From NCBI GenBank assembly GCA_000004985.1, contig GG738891.1: a stretch of DNA of 64,000 nt. One strand, 5' to 3'. Source of the DNA: Naegleria gruberi. Lineage: Eukaryota. Below the pieces are notes generated by a model that did no database searches, had not been told where the DNA came from, and saw only the letters and a list, made by a program, of their open reading frames with translations. Position numbers and translations under genes: made by a program. Of this stretch, positions 21,661 to 30,064 are shown in pieces (position 1 is the stretch's first letter; each line of letters starts with the position of its first letter).

Positions 21661-21802
21661 TTTACAAATATTTTTCAATTGAAAATTAAAGTTGCTATAA
21701 ATCAACAATAAGGAAAGATTGTCGTACAATTCAATTAATAATCATAATTAGTAACCACACTAAAATGGAAAGCAAATTCTCATTATTCGAAACTCAAAAA
21801 AA

Positions 21803-22086
21803 ATGCCACAATTACATGTAAATCCACTGCATCCTCCCAATCACACCAGAACAAGAGGAAATTCAGGTCCAACTCACCATCATCACTCGCACCACTCACA
21901 CCATCACCCAACGTCAACACATCACACGAGACAAGTCAGTAATCCATCTCCACCTTCTAACAGCAGTCCAGATAACATAATTAAATTTATTTCTGATGAA
22001 GATGAAAAGCATAACTGTACAATGATCGGATATTCATTTGCATCCTTCTTGGTGTCAACTTTATTATCAGTGACATTGGCAGTTGT
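21803..22086 (+). CDS. 5' part of a His-rich type II membrane protein gene, truncated by a scaffold gap; a 100% identical copy of the start of 29042..30064
   Basis: The sequence 21803-22086 is identical to the reverse complement of 29781-30064 (MPQLHVNPLHPPNHTRTRGNSGPTHHHHSHHSHHHPTSTHH…TM segment). It is preceded by CATTATTCGAAACTCAAAAAAAATG. The N run begins at 22087. Confidence 0.4.
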
Positions 22087-22137
22087 NNNNNNNNNNNNNN
22101 NNNNNNNNNNNNNNNNNNNNNNNNNNNNNNNNNNNNN

Positions 22138-22500
22138 GGACATGGTAATTATTTCGGTAAGTTTCTATTTCATTACTGACCTATTTCAATAACCAAAAAA
22201 GCCGACAAATTCAAGAAATCTCTCGGATATACCAGTTTCACAGGATCCTATTGGGCAGGAGGTTCTTCAGATAAGGCCTATCTTGCTGTATTTGATGTAC
22301 ATGTTGGCAAACAATTGGAAGTTACTAATTGGGATCACACACTTTCGGATTTCACAGAAGAATCCTTGACGAATTATAATGGACAAGATTATGATTCATT
22401 ATTTGCAAAAGCAAAGAATGGATTCTTGCTTAATAATGAATTTATAGTGTATAACTCAGCTCAATGCACAATCAAGTTTATGGTTGAAATTAAACAATAG
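22138..22500 (+). CDS. 3' fragment of a poly(ADP-ribose) polymerase (PARP) catalytic domain (last two exons), beginning at a gap
   Basis: …GHGNYF is split by a 45-nt intron 22157..22201 (GTAAGT…AAAAAAG) before ADKFKKSLGYTSFTGSYWAGGSSDKAYLAVFDVHVGKQLEVTNWDHTL…LLNNEFIVYNSAQCTIKFMVEIKQ*, matching the PARP catalytic C-terminus (…YFADMVSKSANYC…LLYNEYIVYD…KLKF). The same exons occur on the minus strand at 30389..30575 as part of the full PARP gene. Confidence 0.45.
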
Positions 22501-22534
22501 TGAAGATTCTATTAATTAAAAAATGTTATAAAAG

Positions 22535-22607
22535 AGAAACAAGATGGATTTGAACCACCGACCTTGGGGGTGAGAGCCCCATATTCTCCCCGCTGAACTA
22601 CTGTTCC
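22535..22607 (-). tRNA. tRNA-Glu (anticodon CUC)
   Basis: The reverse complement reads GGAACAG TA GTTC AGCGGGGA GAAT A TGGGG CTCTCAC CCCCA AGGTC GGTGG TTCAAAT CCATC TTGTTTC T. This gives the cloverleaf with a 7/4/5/5 stem layout, anticodon loop CUCUCAC, T-loop TTCAAAT and a 5-nt variable loop. An oligo-T terminator (CTTTTAT…TTTTTT) follows on the minus strand. The acceptor stem is weak (two G-U pairs, mostly A-U). Confidence 0.55.
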
Positions 22608-22746
22608 TCATGGTAGCTGCCAAAATCTTTAGACACTCAATAAACTGATGATTTTTTCCCTCCAAAAACTGGTTAGATTCATTTTTTGATGTTAAGCATA
22701 CAAAATTTCCTTCAATCAACCCACTTCAGGAATTGGTTCTGACATC

Positions 22747-22813
22747 TTGACATTGTGACAAGCCAACCACGTGTCCAAATTTCCAACCATCATTGACATT
22801 GTGACAAGCCAAC
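22747..22813 (+). promoter_or_regulatory. Perfect 21-bp direct repeat (TTGACATTGTGACAAGCCAAC x2, spaced 46 bp) ending 9 nt upstream of the LRR-gene ATG
   Basis: The copies lie at 22747-22767 and 22793-22813, seen directly in the sequence. They sit between the tRNA-Glu gene and the ATG at 22822. Confidence 0.4.
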
Positions 22814-22821
22814 AAAAAAAA

Positions 22822-23895
22822 ATGAGCAAACGTACAACAAGCCATGATCCGCTCAGCAACCAATCAATGGATTTAAAAAAGAAGAAACTCTCCCATCAAG
22901 AAAATATCTTCTCAGATGACATTCTTTATGACATTTTGTCATTTCACAAAAATGATTTTCCATTTATTGTAATGAATTGTGCGTTGGTTTCAAAACAGTG
23001 GTCAAATGTCATTTTAGAAAGATTGAAAGTGGAATTGAGTTGTGGAAATGACAAGAAAGTGAATGGTCAATTTTTACAAAATGTCGAAACTTTTCACATG
23101 AACATCAATGTATTTGTCAAGAGTTTCGAATGTGAAAGGTTTAGTTTGTTTAAACAATTAACAAAGCTTGATATTGCTTATGAATTAGAAGATCCTGATT
23201 ATTTGGACCATCTAAGAGAACAAGATTATGAAGAATACCAAAAATACCTCCAATTTACTCACAAAATTGGTAAAACGGGAGCAAAATATATTGGTGATCA
23301 ATTGAGACAGTTGACTTATCTCAATATTGGTAATAATGATATTGGAGATGAAGGAGCCAAGCACATTAGTCAATTGAAACTCTTGACTTTTCTTGATGTT
23401 TATGAAAATCGAATTAGCAATGTAGGACTTGTCAATTTCAGTAACGAATTGCAACATTTGACACATCTTAATATCAATTCCAATTATATTTTCTCAGATG
23501 ATGCAAAATTATTAATTGAAATGAAACAATTAACTCATCTCAATATTGGTGATAATTCTCTTCAAGAGGAAGGTGCCAAATGGATTAGTGAAATGAAGCA
23601 ATTGAAATATCTCAATATTTCCAGAAACCTTATTAGAAGTGAAGGCATGAAATATATTTGTGAGTTGACAAATTTAACAACTCTCAACGTTTCCCAGAAT
23701 AGTATAAAAGATAAAGGGATAGAGAAATTACCAAATTTGGAAAAATTGACCGAGCTCAATATTAGTTACAACAATATTAGTAACAAAGGAGCTAAATTGA
23801 TCAACGAGTTGAAACAATTGACTTTTCTTGATATGGACTGCAATGAAGGAGGTGATATGAAAGGATTCAAAATTACTATTGCACTTAAAAATTGA
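22822..23895 (+). CDS. F-box-like / ribonuclease-inhibitor-type leucine-rich-repeat protein
   Basis: The first ATG is at 22822 after aaaaaaaa; the ORF track start at 22771 is not an ATG. The N-terminal sequence DDILYDILSFHKNDFPFIVMNCALVSKQWSNVILERL is F-box-like. It is followed by about 9 RNI-type LRRs (…LNIGNNDIGDEGAKHISQLKLLTFLDVYENRISNVG…NIGDNSLQEEGAKWISEMKQLKYLNISRNLIRSEGMKYI…). Confidence 0.6.
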   Translation: MSKRTTSHDPLSNQSMDLKKKKLSHQENIFSDDILYDILSFHKNDFPFIVMNCALVSKQWSNVILERLKVELSCGNDKKVNGQFLQNVETFHMNINVFVKSFECERFSLFKQLTKLDIAYELEDPDYLDHLREQDYEEYQKYLQFTHKIGKTGAKYIGDQLRQLTYLNIGNNDIGDEGAKHISQLKLLTFLDVYENRISNVGLVNFSNELQHLTHLNINSNYIFSDDAKLLIEMKQLTHLNIGDNSLQEEGAKWISEMKQLKYLNISRNLIRSEGMKYICELTNLTTLNVSQNSIKDKGIEKLPNLEKLTELNISYNNISNKGAKLINELKQLTFLDMDCNEGGDMKGFKITIALKN

Positions 23896-24080
23896 AATTT
23901 ATCGTAATCTTTCAGATTAAATACAAAATGCTAATGTAATTTATACGAATTTTATGATTGAATCATGTCAATAAACATGTATATTCAAATATTAATGAAT
24001 TTACAAATTTCTGTTAATGACCTAGATCAGAATTTCATCCTCTAAAAAAAGAGGTACAAATTTTTTGTAATGATAGATAA

Positions 24081-24169
24081 CCCGTTGTAGTCCAATGGTT
24101 AGGACATGTGACTCAGTCCAACAAGACTAAAGTTCTCACAAGATCCTGGTTCAACTCCAGGCAATGGGT
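24081..24169 (+). tRNA. Intron-containing tRNA gene (predicted 17-nt intron 24118..24134); the anticodon reads CAG but the isotype is unresolved
   Basis: The fold is CCCGTTG TA GTCC AATGGTTA GGAC A TGTGA CTCAGT[ccaacaagactaaagtt]C TCACA AGAT CCTGG TTCAACT CCAGG CAATGGG T. It has canonical D- and T-arms, the acceptor pairs with one G-U, an intron at the canonical 37/38 position with an anticodon-intron helix (AGTC/GACT), and an oligo-T (T9) about 17 nt downstream. The short 4-nt variable loop is inconsistent with a Leu/Ser class II tRNA, and position 37 would be U. Confidence 0.45.
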
Positions 24170-24368
24170 ATCCAATTATTGCAATCTGTTTCAATTTTTT
24201 TTTAACCTTCAGCAAACCTTAAAAGAACTATGCAATTTTCACCCCAACTCCGACCTATTCCTTTCGAATACTGTATCAAGGTCACAATTTCACTCCACTC
24301 TTTTCCACTTCGCTCCAAATTAAAAAAATCCAAGATTCTAATTTAGCGCCAAAATCAAATCTAAAAAA

Positions 24369-27010
24369 ATGGCCCACGAGATTTTTGCCAACACGATCGT
24401 GTTGAGTGAGGGCAATTCCTTCTTGTCATCGTCCTCGGAGGGGTTGTATAATGTATTGATGCAAAGTGTACAGGCATATAATGGAGGTGGTTTTCCTGGA
24501 TTACCATTTTTCAATGATACAATGTGTGGGGATTATGCTGTCTTGTCGGCTAGTCTGCCCGATAATATGGATTTGTGTGCTTGGAGAGCTTGGTTATTTG
24601 TAAGTTGTTGTTATTGTTGTTTTTAATTGTCATTATCTTTTTATTCAACAATTTTCTTGATGATGATGGATATGTTATTATTATAATATGGAATTATTTT
24701 GATGGGTTGAATATGAATAGTTCGTTTTGCTCATCTTTATTCTGACCATTGTATCCGGAATTATACTCACCATCTTATCGTGGGTTGTATTTGCAGTGAT
24801 CAATTTTTGCAAGTGTTTATTTGGAGGAGATTCAAAGAGAAAGAACTATCAAAGAATTGGTGAAGAACCACTCTCTAGGCACTTCCAAAATAGAGGAGAT
24901 TCCTTGTTTGATGGAGTGAGCTCTGATGGTCTTGTTACTAGAACTTGTGGACTTTCATATTGTTGTATTGTTTTGTTCTTGTTGGTTGTTTGTCTTGCAG
25001 GTATGTTTTCAATAACTAGAATAATTAGATAACTTTATTTTACTATAATATTATTATTTGTAATGGATAATAATTTATTCACACAACAATTAACCTTGCT
25101 CATCATGATATGTGAATAATATTTTGGAATTTAATTTTCTGTTGAAATTCTTCATCAAATAACGATATCATATCAACATTTAAATAACAACAACAACAGG
25201 TGTTGGTTTCTCTGTAGCTTTCTATGTTGGTCTGGATAGAGCAGCTGATCCATTGATTACTTCATTGGAAAAGGCTAGAAATGCTATCAATGAAACAGCT
25301 ACCATCATGTCTAACACTACTTATCAATCCAACTTGACTGGATTTGTTGAATACATTCCAAGGATTCAAACTCTTGTACAAGGAGCCATTCAAAATGGTC
25401 AGGCCTATTTGGAAAATGCAGTAATTGATAATAATGATAGACTTCATTTGGAATATTTAATTTATGATCAATTGAATGGAGCAACAAAGAGTCTCTATGA
25501 AAACTCAACTGAAATCAATGCTCTTGTTCAAAAGTATCAAAATATTGTTTCAAAGAGTTCTATTGATGTTTTCAATTTGGATGACGTATTTAATTATCAA
25601 GCTCTGATGCCAAACGGATTGGTTGCCAGAATGTTAATTGCTCACGAAAACCTCGTAGATGCCTTGTCAAACACCAGTTATCTTGTTGAACATTTGAATT
25701 ATACCAATGAAGTCTTTTCTGGTAACACCTACTCCAAGTGGAATCAAATGTATAGTGAAGTCTTTGTTCCTTTGGCAATCAATGCTCCAACCATTCCAGA
25801 TCAAATGGGTCAATTCCAAACTGTATTGGACTATTTACTCACCTACTCTGATGGAAATACTGTATTTATTGATTTCCAAATCACGTACATGTCAGTTTTT
25901 ATTGGTTTCTTTGCAATTGGTATTTGTGTTGCATTGTTTGCTGGTATTGGTCTCACTAGAAGAAGTAATGCCTTGTTGAATATTACATGCTGTTGCAGCT
26001 GCTCACTTTTGGTTTGGTTCGTTCTCTTTGCTGCTGTTAACATTGCCGTATCATTGGCTATTGCTCCATATTGTGTTCACAAGGGTGACTTGTTCGATCC
26101 AAATAATTTGAAGCATTCTGAACCAGTTAAGGTTCAACCAAGCTCCCTCGGCCTTTCTGACATTAATTCTAATACTCCAAACATTTTTGTTAACAATTAT
26201 ACATTTGTCATTAATGTTACCAGATTCTTTATGAATTGTGGTGGTAAGAATTTCGATCAAGAAGCTGATGCCCAAGAAAATGTTCTCGATGCTATTCAAT
26301 TGGCTCAACAAGGTCACTATGCCACAGTTGAAGATTACAATCAATTCTTTGATGCCTTCATTTCTGGTATGGAATCATTGAACTTTACTGAGCAAGCTAT
26401 GAATGTTGCTAATAATGGTCAAACACTCTTCAAAAACATGCTTCTCATCCAACAAGATCTTGCAGCTGTTGGTAATACTCTCCAATCATACGTAACAGCA
26501 CTTGAAGCTCTCAAGTCACGTGTAAATAACAATACCTTGTATGAAGATTATGAAGCTAACAAGCAAGTAATTACCCAATTCCAAAATGAAATGACTCCAC
26601 TCTTGAACAAATTGATCCAAGAAGCTCAAACCACTAATGATATTCAATACAATGATGCTCAATCCTATTTCACTGGTACCTCCTATCCTGAATTTTTACA
26701 AGGATACCAATTGGGATCTACCTTTATGATTAATTACATTTCCAATTTGCCAGTTGATGCTAATGTTTTGGTTCCTAGTGCTGAAACTGTTGGATTGTTA
26801 TTGAACGATTTGAAGGATAGAACCACCTGTAGCTTTATGAGTAAGGCTATTGAAGAAGTCAACACAGATCTTTGTGGAGTTATGGGCATTGGTACTCTTG
26901 GTAATGCCATTTCTCAAATCCTTGTTTCTCTCTTCTTGTTCCTCTTGATTCCAATTGGAGTTATTTTGGCAAGCAGATTACACAGAGACAAGTATGTCGG
27001 CATTAACTAA
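24369..27010 (+). CDS. Prominin-like pentaspan membrane glycoprotein; 3 exons, about 773 aa
   Basis: Exon 1 is 24369..24599 (…TTATTT|GTAAGT), intron 1 is 24600..24720 and exon 2 is 24721..25000 (…GCAG|GTATGT, phase 1). Intron 2 is 25001..25199 and contains a (CAA)n tract; exon 3 is 25200..27010. The topology is TM1-short loop-TM2, a ~200-aa glycosylated loop, TM3 (MSVFIGFFAIGICVALFAGIGL), a Cys-rich short loop (CCCSCS), TM4, a ~290-aa glycosylated loop, TM5 (ILVSLFLFLLIPIGVILA) and a short tail. This is the prominin (CD133) arrangement. Confidence 0.45.
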
Positions 27011-27387
27011 TTTATTATTTTCACAAATTTGAAATAAATCTAAAAAAATCATCTTATTATATAGAAATCTTTTTTAATGAACTAATGGAATTTTGAAAAC
27101 TTTAGATTATTCATCGTCACTTACAAACTCCAAAAATAGGAACTTTGATTATCTGTGATGATAACACTTTTGATCTGTACAGTTCCTTGTTCACGCAGTT
27201 GTGTTCAGTTTCTTATCCACCATACAACAAATTTCCACTCACATAAACTGTCAAAAAATTCTTAAAAAAATTTCAACATCCAACAGACAGTTTCAACACA
27301 TTCTTGGATACATCATTATTCCATCATCTATTCAATCCCAAGAACATTAGTTTTCTTTCGTCTCTTCAAATACGAAACAACACACTC

Positions 27388-27456
27388 TTCGCGCGCAAAC
27401 TTCTTTCAAAAACTACATACAAATTGTTTTGATCATCAAAAAAGAAGCGCGAAAAC
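27388..27456 (+). promoter_or_regulatory. Two E2F-like GC motifs (TTCGCGCGCAAA at 27388-27399 and AGCGCGAAAAC at 27446-27456) in the G-alpha promoter, 150-220 bp upstream of the ATG
   Basis: TTTSSCGC-type sites stand out in an otherwise more than 70% AT intergenic region. A duplicated TCATCAAAAAAG element flanks them at 27433-27444 and ~27488-27497. Confidence 0.3.
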
Positions 27457-27542
27457 AAAACCTTCCTCTCTCGAGCTCTCGCTACTTTTTTCATCATCAA
27501 AAAGTGATAAGAAACACAAAGCCTCTCCGCTCTACTAATATA

Positions 27543-27564
27543 ACAACAACAACAACAACAACAA
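27543..27564 (+). repeat. (CAA)7 microsatellite in the G-alpha 5' region
   Basis: ACAACAACAACAACAACAACAA. Similar (CAA)n and (AAT)n tracts occur in the intron 25180-25198 and in the coding poly-N/Q of 8690-8780. Confidence 0.6.
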
Positions 27565-27607
27565 TAACATCAATCATATAATTATAATTTTATAAATTTT
27601 AATAATA

Positions 27608-29014
27608 ATGGGAAATTGTTTTGGAAAACCAAGTCCTCCCAATGATAATTCTCAAAGAGGCAACGACAATAAAACAACAAAAACAGATAATTCAAAAGGA
27701 CATCATACGAATGGAGGAGTGAATGGTTCACCTTCTAATGCTACTGCTGATCCTAAAGCTACAGATAATGCTGCCGTTGATTTGAAAATATTATTATTGG
27801 GAAGTGGTGATAGTGGTAAAAGTAAGTAGTACTTGTTGTTCTTGTTTATTGAAGATTTAATTTCGTATGAACTTTCTAATAATATTATTACTTTAAATTG
27901 TATTTTTATACTTAATAATTATAATAATAATATAGGTACCCTTTTCAAACAAATTAAAATTACAGAAACTGGTGGATTTACACATCAAGAAGTTTTACGT
28001 TATCAGAGTACTATTTACGGAAATTTAATACATACTATTGATAGTTTGGTGGATCTGCTGAAAGAAAAGGGAAATATTGCTAGATTGCTTCCACAAAACA
28101 ATGAAAGAGTTTCCAGGNTGAAGGAAGTGACAGGGATGCCACACGACACTATACAGAGGAAATGGCAAATGACATTCAAGAATTGNCCAATGATCCAGAT
28201 ATAATTAATGCTTTTAACAATATGAGATATGAAGCACACGTTTTTGAAGGTTTGTTTTCTTGTATTCACCATTTAATCAATTCTTTCAATTGTAATAACA
28301 ACAAATTAGGTGCTACATACTTTTTCAAGGATTTAGAGAGATTACGTCCACCAGATTATAAACCAAATGATACTGACATTTTATATTGTAGACAAAAGAC
28401 AACAGGTATTTCAGATGTCACATTCGAATTTAATACAAAGAAACTTAAAGTTGTTGATGTTGGAGGTCAAAGACCAGAAAGAAGAAAATGGATTAATGCT
28501 TATGATGAAGTTGATGCTATTATATTTGTTGCCAGTCTTAGTGATTTTGATCAAAAATGTTATGAAGATGATTTGGTAAGTTTTTTTGCTTTACTTTCAA
28601 ATTAATTTTACTATATTTATGTATTATAAATATTGATTTATGAATATAAAATAGACTAATAGAATGCAAGAATCAATAGATTTATTTTCAAAAACAATCA
28701 ATGATGAACGGTTTAGAGATACCCCAATAATACTGCTACTGAACAAGACTGATGTTTTCACACGAAAACTTCAACAAAAATCCATTCGAACCTTGTTTGC
28801 TGACGAATATACTGGACCAGATAAATTTGAGGAATCAGTCAAGTTTATTGAGAACAAATACTTGAGTACTAACCGATTCGATCCTAATAGAATTTTCACA
28901 TTTTGGAGTTGTGCCACACAAACCGATGATATCAAGGAAGTGTTTGGACAAGTCAAAAAGAGACTTTTGGAAGCCAAATTCCCTGAACTCAGAGAATCGC
29001 ACCCTTCGAATTAA
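27608..29014 (+). CDS. Heterotrimeric G-protein alpha subunit; 4 exons with an apparent frameshift in exon 2 next to an ambiguous base
   Basis: Exon 1 is 27608..27821 (MGNCFGK… with myristoyl-Gly2 and Cys4; P-loop LLLGSGDSGKS). Intron 1 is 27822..27935 and exon 2 is 27936..28249. Within exon 2 the reading frame shifts by -1 around the n at 28118, between …NIARLLPQNNERVSR and …EGSDRDATRHYTEEMANDIQELxNDPDIINAFNNMRYEAHVFEG. Intron 2 is 28250..28309 and exon 3 is 28310..28575 (…KLKVVDVGGQRPERRKWINAYDEVDAIIFVASLSDFDQKCYEDDL). Intron 3 is 28576..28654 and exon 4 is 28655..29014 (TNRMQESIDLF…LLLNKTDVF…FTFWSCATQTDDIKEVF…). The DVGGQ, NKxD and TCAT G-boxes are all present. Confidence 0.65.
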
Positions 29015-29041
29015 ATTAATTTATTTATTACAATAAGCTCA

Positions 29042-30064
29042 TTATTTGTCTCTAAAAGTCATGTATCCAACCACATACAACATTTGAGAATATCCAAATC
29101 CATCAGCAATTTCAGAACTAGTCAATGGTGTCAATACTGTCAAAATCCATTGTTCTTGGGGATGTAAAATATTTCTTCTCAACACTGCAATTACCTCATT
29201 GGAACCATCCAATTTTACAATTGGCATCTCATAGGAAATGAAATCAATCCTCTGCTGAACCATTGCTCTATTCGCTCCCTTTGCATCTCTCAAATAATAA
29301 GTCTTGACTCCAGAGTTAACTTGTAATTTTATAGAACCACCAAAAATTCCCTGATCTGCACTATTCAATCCAACAATGGAACTCACACTAGGAACACAAC
29401 TAGCTGAATTATCATAATGTCCAATCTGAATCGTATCAGATAGAGTAAAATAAGAACCCATTGCAAATGAAATTCCCTTTCCATCATTCCAAATAAAATC
29501 CATCATTGTGGGGACACTCCAAGTTCTCAATTGTAAACTTCCAATGCTTTGTTTTGTGTATTGAGAGAGTTTTCCAGATGATAGTAATGAAATAATTGAA
29601 TCACCACTCAAATCATTGTATTTTTCAATGACAAATTGACCTTGTGAAAACATGTCTCTTGTCATGACAAAACTGTCATTAGTAGAAAGAGTTTCAATAC
29701 TTGAAAGTGTAGTTAAATAATTAGAATTATAAACAAAACAATTTTTAGGTGCCTTGCTTGAAATTGCTCCTAAAACAATGACAACTGCCAATGTCACTGA
29801 TAATAAAGTTGACACCAAGAAGGATGCAAATGAATATCCGATCATTGTACAGTTATGCTTTTCATCTTCATCAGAAATAAATTTAATTATGTTATCTGGA
29901 CTGCTGTTAGAAGGTGGAGATGGATTACTGACTTGTCTCGTGTGATGTGTTGACGTTGGGTGATGGTGTGAGTGGTGCGAGTGATGATGGTGAGTTGGAC
30001 CTGAATTTCCTCTTGTTCTGGTGTGATTGGGAGGATGCAGTGGATTTACATGTAATTGTGGCAT
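29042..30064 (-). CDS. His-rich type II membrane protein of unknown function (full-length copy)
   Basis: A 340-aa ORF with ATG at 30064, preceded on the minus strand by CATTATTCGAAACTCAAAAAAAATG. The N-terminal cytoplasmic part is HHHHSHHSHHH-rich, followed by one TM (FASFLVSTLLSVTLAVVIVLGAI) and a ~240-aa extracellular domain with N-glycosylation sites. Confidence 0.5.
   Translation of the reverse strand: MPQLHVNPLHPPNHTRTRGNSGPTHHHHSHHSHHHPTSTHHTRQVSNPSPPSNSSPDNIIKFISDEDEKHNCTMIGYSFASFLVSTLLSVTLAVVIVLGAISSKAPKNCFVYNSNYLTTLSSIETLSTNDSFVMTRDMFSQGQFVIEKYNDLSGDSIISLLSSGKLSQYTKQSIGSLQLRTWSVPTMMDFIWNDGKGISFAMGSYFTLSDTIQIGHYDNSASCVPSVSSIVGLNSADQGIFGGSIKLQVNSGVKTYYLRDAKGANRAMVQQRIDFISYEMPIVKLDGSNEVIAVLRRNILHPQEQWILTVLTPLTSSEIADGFGYSQMLYVVGYMTFRDK

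Larger units (their letters stand above)
20530..22500. repeat. Left arm of a ~2 kb inverted segmental duplication (partner 30060..32530), interrupted by a scaffold gap
   Basis: 20700-21255 is the reverse complement of 31790-32290, with a 52-bp indel at ~20905-20956. 21330-22086 matches 30064-30348. 22138-22320 matches 30389-30575. The blocks adjacent to the gaps are 100% identical, while the outer parts (20530-20720 vs 32340-32530) are only about 85-90% identical. Confidence 0.6.

Noticed and set aside
24081-24169. Calling the intron-containing tRNA tRNA-Leu(CAG) or tRNA-Ser(CAG)
   Set aside because: Both are class II tRNAs needing a long variable arm, and this gene has a 4-nt variable loop, so the isotype is left open.
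24108-24323. 71-aa ORF overlapping the tRNA gene
   Set aside because: It overlaps a well-supported tRNA cloverleaf plus terminator and has no coding features.
5565-28204. Taking ORF-track 'M' positions as real start codons (for example 5918, 7327, 12278, 14129, 16125, 18124, 22771, 24727, 25253)
   Set aside because: The underlying codons are TTG/GTG, not ATG. These segments are internal exons or upstream in-frame extensions. Real starts were taken from ATGs preceded by A-rich leaders, or exon boundaries from splice motifs.
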